DNA of 64,000 bases from Acidobacteriota bacterium (GCA_963666055.2 CAXWPH010000005.1:1-64000); one strand, 5' to 3'. Shown: positions 1 to 10,788, numbered from the stretch's first letter. Made by a program: numbers and translations. The notes: generated by a model not told the origin, from the letters alone.

Positions 1-256
1 CAATGAGGGTGAGGGGGGGCCTCAGGGACGCCGACAAAGGCAGGGGGCGTCTTAACCGGACTGTCACGGGTGTTACCGTAACGATCTGAGAATGAAACCG
101 CCCAGATGGTTCTCAGGATGTGGGTAGCCATGGCTTCGGAATCCCCGTTCGAAGCATGTGGCGTCGACCGTCCACTACCTTGTGGCATCTCGGGAGGAGC
201 AGGGGTGTACTGGAACATTGCCAAGCCGTGATCTGAAAAGAAATCAAGGAGGTAGC

Positions 257-622
257 ATGCGGCGCTTCGTAGTCGTCTTGACGGCGGTTGTCCTCGTGAA
301 TGCGGTACCGGCTCTGGCCAGCGAAGTTACTGTCACCGGTGAGCTCGTCGACCACGTGTGCTTCGCCAGGAGCGGCGCAGACGGCGGTGCGGGCCCTGAC
401 CACGCTGCCTGCGCCAAGTCGTGCGCCAGCAACGGGGAGCCGGTAGCGCTCGTGACCGACAGCGGCGATGTTTACATGCTGGCCGGCACGGTCACCGCCG
501 ACAACAACGCCGCCCTGGTGCCGCACATGAGCCACACGGTCGAGGTGACCGGCGAGCTGGGCGAGGTGGACGGGATTCCGACCATCACGGCCGCGGCCGT
601 CAAGCACGTCTCCGCCGGCTGA
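257..622 (+). CDS. small secreted protein with Cys/His motifs (VDHVCF...HAACAKSC)
   Basis: AGGAGG RBS before ATG 257; signal peptide ending ALA; family not firmly identified. Confidence 0.75.
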   Translation: MRRFVVVLTAVVLVNAVPALASEVTVTGELVDHVCFARSGADGGAGPDHAACAKSCASNGEPVALVTDSGDVYMLAGTVTADNNAALVPHMSHTVEVTGELGEVDGIPTITAAAVKHVSAG

Positions 623-626
623 GCGC

Positions 627-1073
627 ATGCAAGTGAGGGCGTTTGCGTTCGCGGCGGTGCTGACCCTTGCAGTGGCCCCGCCGGTGTCGGCGCAGATCAT
701 GGAGATGAACGGGACCTGGGAGATGATCCCCGACAAGTGCCTCGGCTCCTGGCCGGATCAGGAGACTCTGGTGTTCAAGAGCGTCGAAGGCATCCAACGC
801 TACACCGCGACGTGGATCGACAACGGCGAGAGCGGAGGCCGCGAGCTGGAGATTCAGTACGACGGGCACGACCACGCGGCCAGCGGAGTCCTGGCCGACA
901 CCGTCTCGATCCGTCGTCTCGGCGAAAAGTCGGAGTTCGTGGTGAACAAGCGCGACGGGCAGATCGCCGAGACCTACACGCGCGTGCTGGTCGACGACGA
1001 CCGCACCCTGATCTCGGTCGGTCGCAGTGCGACCGGGGAAGTTCGTTGGGTGCGGGTCTTCGAGAAACAGTGA
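627..1073 (+). CDS. secreted lipocalin-like hypothetical protein
   Basis: signal peptide, NGTW motif, C-terminal VRVFEKQ; 4 nt after the previous gene. Confidence 0.7.
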   Translation: MQVRAFAFAAVLTLAVAPPVSAQIMEMNGTWEMIPDKCLGSWPDQETLVFKSVEGIQRYTATWIDNGESGGRELEIQYDGHDHAASGVLADTVSIRRLGEKSEFVVNKRDGQIAETYTRVLVDDDRTLISVGRSATGEVRWVRVFEKQ

Positions 1074-1311
1074 GTCGGTCGGTCGCCGCATCGAGATGAC
1101 GAGACGGTTGGACCGCACCGACCCCGCAATCAGAGTCCAGCACACGGGCCCCACGGGACTCGAAGCTGGCCGTGCTCACCACGGTGGAGATGTGGTCGAA
1201 CGGGATCACGGCCGAGCTGGCGCCATCGTACGAGGCGGCGGAGTTCGACTGCTCGGCATCCGTCTCCAAGAACCGGGCCCGTTACGAGACGCTACAGGAG
1301 CTCGATCTCCA

Positions 1312-1887
1312 CTAACCTCCGCACAGCGGGCTCATCGCCATCGTCCACGTGCCGCCGGGCGTGAAACCGGTGATGATGTCGTCGAAGAAGAACGACGACG
1401 GACCCACCAGTCCGGCGAGCAAGCTGTCGCCCGCCGCGCTCGCCTCGGAGGCGAGGCTGTTGGTACATTTGTGCTCGCCATCGGCGGCCACCTGAGAGCA
1501 GACGGACTCGCCACGCACCTTGCCGCTCAGCTCACCCAGCTCGTTTCCCTGGTCATCGAGCACGCGCACGAACAGCTTCCCGGTGATCCGGTGACGCTTC
1601 AGCTTGGCGTTCGCCTGACGCTGCACCGCGGGAAGCAACAACCCCCGCAACGTCCACTCGACCTGTGCCGGGTTGGCGAAGCTACAGCCCGCGAGCTCGG
1701 CGACGTCGGCCGTCGACAGGGTCACCGCCGCGGCGGAGAACACCACGCGCGTTCTGCCGTTGTCGAGCGGCTTCTCAAGCTCAGTGGTGAACTTCTCGAA
1801 GTTGAGCGTGATGTCAGCGTGGGCCACGGAAACGGCCAGCAAGCTGAGGGCGCAGAAGACGACAATGCCAGCGGTGCGTCGAGGCAT
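1312..1887 (-). CDS. secreted hypothetical protein
   Basis: signal peptide MPRRTAGIVVFCALSLLAVSVAHA; GAGAGAG upstream. Confidence 0.6.
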   Translation of the reverse strand: MPRRTAGIVVFCALSLLAVSVAHADITLNFEKFTTELEKPLDNGRTRVVFSAAAVTLSTADVAELAGCSFANPAQVEWTLRGLLLPAVQRQANAKLKRHRITGKLFVRVLDDQGNELGELSGKVRGESVCSQVAADGEHKCTNSLASEASAAGDSLLAGLVGPSSFFFDDIITGFTPGGTWTMAMSPLCGG

Positions 1888-2349
1888 GGGACACTCTCTC
1901 GGTGAGGGTTGTCGACTCGGATCACGGACTCGGATCATGACGCGTCCATCGTACGCGACGAACCGCCTGAGCGCCCGAATCCCGGCCGGAGGCGAGGCGC
2001 GGCGTATCCGGCCGGAGGCCCCGCGATCAGTCGGTGCGCAGAGCCTCCATCGGCGCGATGCGGGCGGCGCGTCGGGCGGGCACGAGGCAGGCGAGCAGAC
2101 CAACGATGGCGACCAGAGCACCAGCCAGCAGGTAGGTACTGTCAAGTTACTCGAAATTGGCGAGAAACGTGTGATGTATGAACTCAAGTCCGTTGTCCTG
2201 TGGGCGTTTCACGTCCGGCCAAGAGGCCTCAGCTCCCCATAATTGACTTTAACTTGACAGTACCCCTGAAGCCTATCGCCGGAGCGGGCGAGATCCAACG
2301 GTGGGCAATGTCAGCTCACAAGCCGACCCGCGCGACCAAGTTCTCGAAT

Positions 2350-2588
2350 CTCGGGTCGGAGCGGACGCTCCGATCAAGTTCACGTACAAGGCGGACACGT
2401 CCGGCGATCTTCAACTGGGCTTCATTGCAGAGGACGTGCCAGAGTTGGTGTCGATCCCCGGCCGGAAGGGCGTTGCGCCGATGGATCTCATTGCGGTGCT
2501 GACCAAGGTCGTGCAGACGCAGCAGGAAAGGATCGCCGACCTTGAGGAGCGGTTTCAAGAGCTAGAGGAATCCTCGCGTCGTCGGTAG
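2350..2588 (+). pseudogene. C-terminal fragment of a peptidase S74-type (tail-fibre chaperone) domain protein
   Basis: PIKFTYK...LGFIAEDVPELV...MDLIAVLTKVVQ followed by a coiled coil; no N-terminus. Confidence 0.6.
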
Positions 2589-2632
2589 TCGGCGGAGCTG
2601 AAGGTCGACCTGGACTCCTGCGTGACTCCGGT

Positions 2633-2691
2633 CCACCAGCGCCAAGCTGCTCGGTGATTTCGTAGGGGCCTAGTTTGGTGCCGGGGTCCAT
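2633..2691 (-). pseudogene. 5' remnant of a Ser/Thr kinase gene
   Basis: [20 protein letters not shown]; 47/50 nt identical to the kinase start at 58344-58393, then homology stops. Confidence 0.8.
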
Positions 2692-2941
2692 GGCGCTCCC
2701 GCTCCCGAGGCAGGGTGGGTGAGCGCCTGAAGCCTATCGCCGAGGCACGCGAGGGTCCACGGGAAGCAACGTCTCTCGGCGTCAGATTGTCTGTGTGCCT
2801 GGGCGCCCCGGGGTCGTTTTTTCTTCAGAATTCCCATACCCGACCACATCCGACGACCGCAGGTGGTCAGGTCAATTTCGCTGCACGCGGCCGCATCCCT
2901 CGCTCCCTTGCTGTCGCTTTGCGAAGCAACCCGACCGACAC

Positions 2942-2966
2942 GGGGGGGGGGGGGGGGGGGGGGGGG
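2942..2966. repeat. poly-G homopolymer (25 nt)
   Basis: direct reading; possibly a sequencing artefact. Confidence 0.9.
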
Positions 2967-3216
2967 AGGTCTGGGACTCCTGGGCGACGAGAGGGCGCTA
3001 GCGACCGTACGCGTTGTGCGAAAAATACTTGGTACGTTCCTTGCTTCGGCGACGGGTCAGCGATCCGATCACCGTCCTTCGAGAACATAGCGCCCCACTC
3101 TCCACCGGAATTGGTCTAGGCCAACGTTTCTCGAGCAACCTCGAGTCACTGACTGCAACCGCACGGAATTTCAGCTTCTTGCCGAGCAACTGGAGCGGAT
3201 GGCTCCGGTGTTCCCC

Positions 3217-3284
3217 TTGACAGCCTAGGAAAGAGTTTGCTAACGTCTCTCCCTAGTCGACCTAGGAGAGCTGATGACCAAACG
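3217..3284 (+). promoter_or_regulatory. sigma70 promoter plus palindromic operator, duplicate of the padR promoter
   Basis: TTGACA 3217-3222, 18 nt, TG-extended TAACGT 3241-3246; palindrome CCTAG-TCGAC-CTAGG 3252-3266; near-identical to 4327-4393. Confidence 0.75.
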
Positions 3285-3299
3285 CGCAAGGAGGCGCAC

Positions 3300-4181
3300 A
3301 TGCGTATAGGCAGACTGATGACAGGTCTGGTGGGACTCGTGGCGTTGACGATGCTGCTGGCGGGCGGGGTCGGAGCCGAGGGCACCGAGGCCTACGCCGG
3401 TGAGGCGTACCAAGAGAAGGAGAAAGGCAACAAGAAGTGCAATGACGGTATCGACAACGACGGCGACGGGAAGATCGACGACAAAGACCCAGACTGCGGG
3501 GGCGGCCCATCCGGCGGCGGCGGCGCCACGCCGCAAGAGGCGATCTACCTCCTGACATTTACCGGCACGAACGTCTTCGCCGCCCTCGACGGCGTGCTCA
3601 CCGGCACCATGCGTGCCGACGGGCAACTTGGGGGGAATGTGTTCAGCGGCGCCGGTTTCCCGGTGTGTCTGAGGGGTCTCGAGGATGACGCACTTGCAAC
3701 GTCCGGTCACCCGGCGGGGGTTCACCTAGTGCAGCCCCTTGGCGACGGTTGCGTCGATCCCTGGTTCAAAGGCAAGGTGGCTGACCTGCGCTCCATGAAG
3801 GTCGGCGACATGGAACGGATGCGCCTGGACATCCGATGGATGGCCAACGGCACTGACGGGCTTGACCCTCTCCCCTGGGCCAGCAGGAAAAGGACCTGGA
3901 GCTGGGTGCTACGGTGGGTGAATCCGCCCTTCACAGTGCTCTCGCCCGAGGACATAAACGAGCGCGCCGGGTCGCTGGAGGTGACGCGAACCGGACCCAA
4001 CCTGTGGGAGGTTACGGATCCGCTGGGCCGTAACGTCACGCTCCAGGAGAGCATCCTCCCGGGCAACGGTAAGCCGACGCTGACGGACGAGGAGAAGCGC
4101 ATCTTCCATCAGGTCAACCTCCCGGGATTCGGCTTCTTCCTTGAGTGCATGGACGCCAACGAGTGCCTGCCTCCAAACTAG
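3300..4181 (+). CDS. secreted protein with CNDGIDNDGDGKIDxxDPDC acidic (Ca/metal-binding-like) motif
   Basis: AGGAGG RBS, signal peptide, acidic Cys-bounded motif. Confidence 0.75.
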   Translation: MRIGRLMTGLVGLVALTMLLAGGVGAEGTEAYAGEAYQEKEKGNKKCNDGIDNDGDGKIDDKDPDCGGGPSGGGGATPQEAIYLLTFTGTNVFAALDGVLTGTMRADGQLGGNVFSGAGFPVCLRGLEDDALATSGHPAGVHLVQPLGDGCVDPWFKGKVADLRSMKVGDMERMRLDIRWMANGTDGLDPLPWASRKRTWSWVLRWVNPPFTVLSPEDINERAGSLEVTRTGPNLWEVTDPLGRNVTLQESILPGNGKPTLTDEEKRIFHQVNLPGFGFFLECMDANECLPPN

Positions 4182-4326
4182 GGCACCTTCGGGGTCGCGG
4201 TTCCATCAACCCCGTCGGCAAGTAGTCCCGAGAAACAAGACCATCAAGACGGAGCGCCCCTGGGCACCACGCCTGGGGGCGCTTCAGTTGCTGCGCTAGG
4301 CAGACGTATGGGGCGAGCTCTTCTCC

Positions 4327-4382
4327 TTGACATCCCAGGAAAGAGTTTGCTAACGTCTCTCCTAGCCGACCTGGGGGAGCCG
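4327..4382 (+). promoter_or_regulatory. padR promoter and putative autoregulatory operator
   Basis: TTGACA 4327, TAACGT 4351, imperfect palindrome CCTAG-CCGAC-CTGGG overlapping the RBS. Confidence 0.7.
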
Positions 4383-4724
4383 ATGACCAAACGTGCTGAC
4401 CTTCTACCCGGAACCCTTGACCTGCTCGTGCTCAAGGCTGTCTCACTCGGCTCGGTGCACGGGTACGGGGTTCTGTTACGTATCGAAGAGGTGACCGAGG
4501 GCGGGCTACTGGTGGAGCAAGGGTCACTCTATCCGGCACTTTACAGGCTGGAGAAGGAGGGGTTGCTGGCAACGGAATGGGGGGTGTCCAGCAACAATCG
4601 TCGCGCCAAGTTCTATAGCCTCACGACACCCGGACGCCGGCGCCTGAAGGCCAAGAAGGCGAGCTGGCAGCGACTCTGCGCGGCCATGGAAGCGGCGCTG
4701 GACGCCAAGCCCCGAGAGGTCTGA
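4383..4724 (+). CDS. PadR family transcriptional regulator (acidobacterial type)
   Basis: LLPGTLDLLVLK...HGYGV...QGSLYPALYRLE...NNRRAKFY. Confidence 0.95.
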   Translation: MTKRADLLPGTLDLLVLKAVSLGSVHGYGVLLRIEEVTEGGLLVEQGSLYPALYRLEKEGLLATEWGVSSNNRRAKFYSLTTPGRRRLKAKKASWQRLCAAMEAALDAKPREV

Positions 4725-4728
4725 GGCA

Positions 4729-7556
4729 ATGTGGATACGCCTCCGGCTGGGGGTAACGGGGATCCTGGGTAGGCGCCGCTTTGAGCGCGAGCTGGCAGAC
4801 GAGGTGTCGTTCCACCTCAGCAAGCGCACCGAGCACTGGCAACGGGAAGGGCTGACGCCAACAGAGGCCCGGCGACGGGCACGGCTCGAGTTCGGCAACG
4901 TCGACAAGATAAAGGAGGAGGTACGCGACGCGAGGTTCGGCGGGTGGGTCGAGCAAGCGCGGCAGGACCTACGCCACGGGTACCGTGCGCTGGCGAACAA
5001 CCGGGGCTTCACCGCCGTCGCGGTGCTGTCGCTGGCGATCGGCATCGGCTTCAACACGACCATCTTTAGCGTGGTCGACGCTGTCCTGTTGCGCCCGATG
5101 CCCTACGAGGCTCCGGATCGGCTGGTAGCGATTGAACGGATCTTTCCGGACGCCGGCCGCTGGGACATCACGTTTCGCCAGCACCGGTCGTGGCGTCAAC
5201 AGACCGACTTGTTCGAATCCATGGCCTTCGGCTGGTCGTGGTTCGAGGCCACCGTGGCGAGCGAAGGGTACGCGCCCGAGAGGGAACGCGGGTTCTCCGT
5301 CGACACCAACTTGTTCGCGACGCGGGCGTCGAGCCGATCCTTGGTCGCCATTTCTTGCCCGAGGAGGGACTGCCCGGGGCGGACGATGTGGTCATCCTGA
5401 GTTACCAGGCCTGGCAGCAGCGGTTTGACGAAGACCGGAACGTGATCGGCGCGACCCTGTGGATCGACAGGGTACCTGCCACCGTAGTGGGCGTGATGCC
5501 AGCCGGGTTCGACTACATGTACAACCGTCGCGGCTACAACCAGTTCTGGATCCCGGCCCGGCTCACCGAGGCCGAGGACATGAGGCTCGTGGTCTCGGTC
5601 GCCCGGCTGGCGCCCGGCGTCACCCTCGAGCAGGCGCAGCTGGCGATGGATGTGATCGCGCGGCGCGACCAAGCCGAGTCGGTCGATGCGGGTTTGCCGT
5701 CGTGGAGGCCGGAGAGCTCGAGCCAGCCCTGGGGGGTGAACGTCCTACCGCTGTCGCGGTCGCTGTCGCGGTCGCTGTCCAGCGACATTAGGCCGAGCCT
5801 CATGGTCTTGTGGAGCGCGTCCGTTGTGGTGTTGCTCGTGGCCTGGGCGAATGCCGCGGGCCTGCTGGTGGCCCGCGGCGTATCGCGGCGGAAAGACTTC
5901 GCGCTGCGCATGGCGCTCGGCGCCAGCCGTTGGCGGGTTGCGCGCCTCTTCCTCGCCGAGGGTGTGCTGCTGACCCTGGCCGGCGGGGCGCTGGGCTCGC
6001 TGATGGCGATATGGGGCGTTCGGGTCATCCGGCTTATGAATCCAGACAACAACAGCCTGATTGGCGGCGATCCCATCACCTTTCCGCGGCTCGACGAAGC
6101 GAGCGTCGATCTGCGAGTGCTCGGCTACACGCTGCTGGTTTCGGTGCTGACGGCGCTGCTGCTCAGCATCGCGCCGGCCATCAGGGGCTCGAAGCTCGAA
6201 CTCGATGATTCGTTGAAGGAATCAACTCGCAGCGCGCCGGCCGGCTCGCGCCGGCTCCGCCTGCGAGGTGGGTTGGTCGTTGCCCAGGTAGCCCTGACGC
6301 TGGTGCTATTGAGCGGCGCCGGGTTACTAGTCAACACCATGCTCAGTCTCTGGGAGGTCGACCCGGGGTTCAGCGCAGCGGGCCTGCTGACGTTCAAAAC
6401 CCAGCTGGAGGCCGACCGCTACTGGGAGGAACCGTCGACTCCCGGCGAGGCTCCTACGGCGCTCAGCCCTCGCCTCGACGCCTTCTTCGAACAGGTGCTG
6501 GACCGGCTCGTTTCTCTTCCGGGTGTAGATGCGGCGGCCGCCATCAACATCCTTCCTTTGAGTCACCAGCAGGCCCGCAGCCGCTTCGTAATCACAGGCC
6601 GCCCGATCCCCGCCGGAGACGAACCCTGGCATGGACGTATCGGCTATGCGGCCGTGATGGGCGGCTACTTCGACGTGATGGGCATTCCGCTGCTGCGGGG
6701 CCGCGCGGTCACCGAGGGCGATACCGCCGCGGCTCCGTGGGTGGTCGTGATCAACCAGAGCATGGCGGAGCGGTTCTGGCCCGACGAGGACCCAATCGGC
6801 AGGCAGATGACGATCGTGGGGCACACCTCGGGCGCACCGATCCCGGGGGAACGGCCACGCGAGGTTATCGGCGTGGTTGGCGATGTCCATCGTTGGAGCC
6901 TCCAGAAGAACCCCGAGCCGATGATGTATGTGCCTGCGGTGCAGCAACCACTCGAGGCACTGGAGTCCGGGAGGCTCTCACGCAGACTGCAAATGTCTTA
7001 TGTGCTCAGGACCGCGGGCGAGCCCATGCGCTGGGCGCGCCAGGTGCAGAGCGTGGTGGCGCAGATCGATCCCGACCAGCCTGTTCACGCTGTGGCTCCG
7101 ATGCAGGAGCTGTTCACCATCTGGACAGACGGAGCGCGCTTCTACACGATGCTGATCGTCGCCTTCGCGGCGGCCACTCTGGCCCTTTCCCTGATCGGCA
7201 TCTACGGGATGCTGGTCTATTCGGTCACCCGGCGCACGAACGAGATCGGTATCCGCATGGCTCTGGGTGCGCGCCGTGCCGGCGTGATGAAGCTTGTCGT
7301 CAGGGAAGGTCTCGCTCTCGCCGCTTCCGGTGTGGCGATCGGGCTCGTCGGCGCTTACTGGCTGACAGGTCTGATATCGGCGTTGCAGTTCGATTCCTAC
7401 GACGACGAAACCATCCTGTACGGCATTAGCCCGACGGACCCCGCCAACTTCGCCGCCGTTGCGGCACTCATGCTCGCCGTGGCGCTGCTGGCCTGTTACC
7501 GACCCGTCCGCCATGCCACGCGAGTCGATCCCATGACGGCGCTGCGCTCGGAATAG
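4729..7556 (+). CDS. ADOP-type duplicated ABC permease (MacB/FtsX), 1-nt frameshift near 5323
   Basis: LAIGIGFNTTIFSVV, RMALGA twice, VDPMTALRSE; inserting one T restores LFATLGVEP. Confidence 0.9.
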
Positions 7557-7683
7557 CCGGTGGCGCGCTCAACCGAGCTCTTTCCGCGCGGGTTTGTTGA
7601 GTAAGAGATCAGATGGAGATCCACAAGCGTCCAGTCGAGGAACCATTGTCAAAAGAGATCCAGCCGATTGGAGGATGCTCGGC

Positions 7684-9576
7684 ATGACGCTGAGCACTTC
7701 AACACGTGCCACCCTGCTGCCGTTTCTGGTGGTTTCGCTTGCCCTCGCCAGCCACACGGGCGCCGCCACCGCACAGGGGAAAGGGCAGGGAAACAAGCAA
7801 AGCCGCCGGAGCCTTCACACAGCTCCGACGGTGACGCGAAGCGGTGACGTGGCGGTGATCGAGGATGACGGCACCCTCCTCATCCCACCCAACCTCGTCG
7901 ATCTCGCCGGGCACGGCATCGACTTCAAGCGCCGCAAGGACGGCCTCCGAGCGACCATACGAAACTCCGTCTCTCTCAAAGAGGATCTGGGCTCCAAGCT
8001 CGACATGGCGCTTAGTACAAGCGTCTTCGTGGAGTTCCCGACGCGCTTCCAGTTCCCCTTCTTCGGCAGCAAGTACGACGGTGTGTACGTCAACTCGGAC
8101 GGCAACCTGACCTTCACCCAGCCCGACACAGTCTCCCTGGACACCAACAGCGTGGCTCGGGTGCTCACCGGCCCGCCGCGAATCGCAGCGCTGTTCTACA
8201 AGCTCGATCCGAGCAAGGCGGAAGGCACCGCCGGCATCTACTCGAAGCGCACCGCCAAGAGCCTCCAGATCACCTGGTTGAGGGTCCCGCAGTGGGCAAG
8301 GATGCGGGGGCGGCAACGCGAAAACACCTTCCAAGTCACGTTGTTCAAGAGCGGTCGAATCCTCATCGCCTACGGGGAGCTGGGCCTGCTGCCTCCTGCC
8401 GGCGGAAGGGAACCCCGCTCGGGACACAGATCTGCGGTGGTCGGTGTCGCGCCCGGCGGCGGAGGCGAGCTGGAGTTGCTCGACTACACGGCGGACCTGC
8501 CAGTCGCTACGACTAACAGGGCGCTCCTGGAGCGCTTCAACCGAAGCCCCGTACTGGACGATCAGGCGGTCGCCCAGGCCTTTTACAGCCGCTTTGCGGA
8601 TGTCTACGACCAGCTGATCGTCTGGCTGGATTTCCCCTTCGTCGGAGGCGGTCAGATTGAGGTGGGCGCTCTTTTGGTGGCCCCGTTCTACTTCCCAGGC
8701 TACGCGCTCATGCCCAGCAATCCGGTGCAAGGCATCGGTCGCGACCTCTACGACCTCTCGGCAGCCTACGGTAGCGATGGCAATCTGAGGGGTTACGCAC
8801 AGATGGGGGAGCTGGCCTTTTACTCGCTTGATCCAACGGAAGACGTCTGTGTGCCCCAAGGGGTTGATCCCACCGATCTAGGGTCAGAAAACGTTGATGC
8901 CTGCACCGGCAAGAACACCTGGGGTGCGGTGGCACACGCAGTAGGCCATCGCTGGCTGAGCTACGTGCGCTTCCGGGATGCGGAGGGCAATGCTAGCGAC
9001 CAACTCAGGGAATTCGATGTATTGGAATGGGGCCTCGGACCCACGCCAATGAGCCTGGAGACTCACTGGAGCAGCTTGGTGGGCGGCTTGTCATCGGTAG
9101 TTGCCTCCCGCCGGGCAATTCTCGATTCGGACGCCTCGATCATGGGTGGCTACGATCTGAGGTGCGACCGAGGAATCCCCTGCGTAGCGATCGACGCCAA
9201 CGAAGGCTACAGCCGTCTGGATCGATACCTCATGGGTTTGATCCCGGCCCAACAAGTGGGCGACATTTCCCTGGTCACCGACGTCACGGACATGGTTGGG
9301 TTTGATAGTGCCCCCGACGGGCTCGGATCCTTCAACGGCACCACGCTGGACCTTAGCGTCGACGACATCATCGCCATTGAGGGCGAGCGGGTGCCGAGCA
9401 GCAAGGACGCCCCAAAGCGCTTCAAGATGGCCTTCATCGTCGTGGGCCTTGAGGGAGAGCCGCCCTCGAAGGCATCCATCGACAAGGTCAACGCGATTCG
9501 CAAGCGCTGGGGTCCCTATTTCCGCAAGGCCAGCGTAAACGGGACGGTCAAGACGAAACTAGTCGAGAGAAACTAG
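7684..9576 (+). CDS. secreted NIDO-like/zincin-like protein with degenerate HAVGH motif
   Basis: signal peptide; FPFFG..Y..VYVNSDGNLTF; HAVGHRW; YSRLDRYLMG. Confidence 0.7.
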   Translation: MTLSTSTRATLLPFLVVSLALASHTGAATAQGKGQGNKQSRRSLHTAPTVTRSGDVAVIEDDGTLLIPPNLVDLAGHGIDFKRRKDGLRATIRNSVSLKEDLGSKLDMALSTSVFVEFPTRFQFPFFGSKYDGVYVNSDGNLTFTQPDTVSLDTNSVARVLTGPPRIAALFYKLDPSKAEGTAGIYSKRTAKSLQITWLRVPQWARMRGRQRENTFQVTLFKSGRILIAYGELGLLPPAGGREPRSGHRSAVVGVAPGGGGELELLDYTADLPVATTNRALLERFNRSPVLDDQAVAQAFYSRFADVYDQLIVWLDFPFVGGGQIEVGALLVAPFYFPGYALMPSNPVQGIGRDLYDLSAAYGSDGNLRGYAQMGELAFYSLDPTEDVCVPQGVDPTDLGSENVDACTGKNTWGAVAHAVGHRWLSYVRFRDAEGNASDQLREFDVLEWGLGPTPMSLETHWSSLVGGLSSVVASRRAILDSDASIMGGYDLRCDRGIPCVAIDANEGYSRLDRYLMGLIPAQQVGDISLVTDVTDMVGFDSAPDGLGSFNGTTLDLSVDDIIAIEGERVPSSKDAPKRFKMAFIVVGLEGEPPSKASIDKVNAIRKRWGPYFRKASVNGTVKTKLVERN

Positions 9577-9601
9577 ACCCTACCGGGGCGGGAGATAGCC
9601 G

Positions 9602-10788
9602 CTGTCGATCCGCACTGTTGTACTCGAGTGGCTCCTGCTGGTTCTGATCGCCGCCACGCCCGCGCTTGTGCTGGGACAAGCGTCGGCGCAAGAGCCGCAG
9701 ATCCGCATCGTCACTCCGAGGACCGCTGACGACCCTGAGTCGGTGGGCCGCATCCAGGTGCTGGTCCGTGCCGGCGACGGCCCGGTTGTATCGGTTACGG
9801 CGTTTGTCGACGGGATACCGCTGGAACCACTCGCGGGGCCGCCGTACCGGTGGGATATGCCTCCGCGGGCCGGTGACTCTACGATTAGCGTGCGGGTCAC
9901 AGCTCGCGACGAGCACGGCCATCAAGCATCTGAAGAAGTGCTGGTTGGAGGAGCCAACGAAGTCCCGTTGTTCCACTCCGATAGCCAGGCCGTCACACTG
10001 AACATCGGTGTTTTCGACAGCTGGAAGCGACGGATTCTCGACTTGCAGCGGCACGAGGTCATCGTTCGCGACAACGGCCGCCCCCAGGAGATTCTGGGGT
10101 TCGGGCGCGAGAACATTCCGCTCCGGGCTCTGGTGCTCCTCGATCACAGTGGCAGCATGGATGGCCGTATGGAGATGGCGCGTCAGGCGCTCGATCAGCT
10201 CCTGAGTAGGCTCGATGCCCGGGACCAGTTGAAGCTGGTGGCATTCAACGACCGCATCAACCAGATGGTCGATTTCACCCAAGACCGTGATGCGATCCGC
10301 GTCAGCGCAGCCTCTCTGGAGGCTGGTGGCGGCACGGCGCTTTACGACGCGATTCTGTTCGCGCTGCAGAGCTTCGAGACCGACACCTCATCGCCGACCC
10401 GGCCGGCCATGGTGATTCTCTCGGACGGTTGGGATCAAGACAGTGTCAACCCAATGAGCCGCGTCATCGATCGGGTTCGAGAAGTGGGCGCTACGATCTT
10501 CGCAGTGGGGCACGGTGAGGCGCTCGAGAGCGACAAGCTGCGTGCCACACTGCGCGAGATTGCCCGTTCTACGGGGGTGAGGCGTTCTTCGTGCCCCGCG
10601 CCGACCACCTTTCCCCGATCTTCGCGCAGATAGCCAGGCGCATGCGGGCCATGTACTTCGTTTCCTTCATATCCGACACTCGGTCGTCGGGGTGGCACGA
10701 GCTGACGGTCGAAGTGCCGGAGCGTCGTCGTTTGACGCTCCTTCACAAGCTGGGCTACGTCGCCGTGGGCGACGACGGGGGACGGTGA
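9602..10788 (+). CDS. Ig-like plus VWA domain protein, frameshift in G5 run 10573-10577
   Basis: MIDAS DHSGS, GGTALYDAI, ILSDGWD; start uncertain (CTG 9602 or GTG 9668). Confidence 0.8.

Noticed and set aside
4253-4283. GC-rich hairpin between the 3300 gene and padR
   Set aside because: Weak U-tract; may be a terminator but the support is insufficient.
5749-5779. 12-bp tandem repeat (LSRSLSRSLS) in the ADOP gene
   Set aside because: In-frame micro-duplication of 2.5 units with no sign of function.
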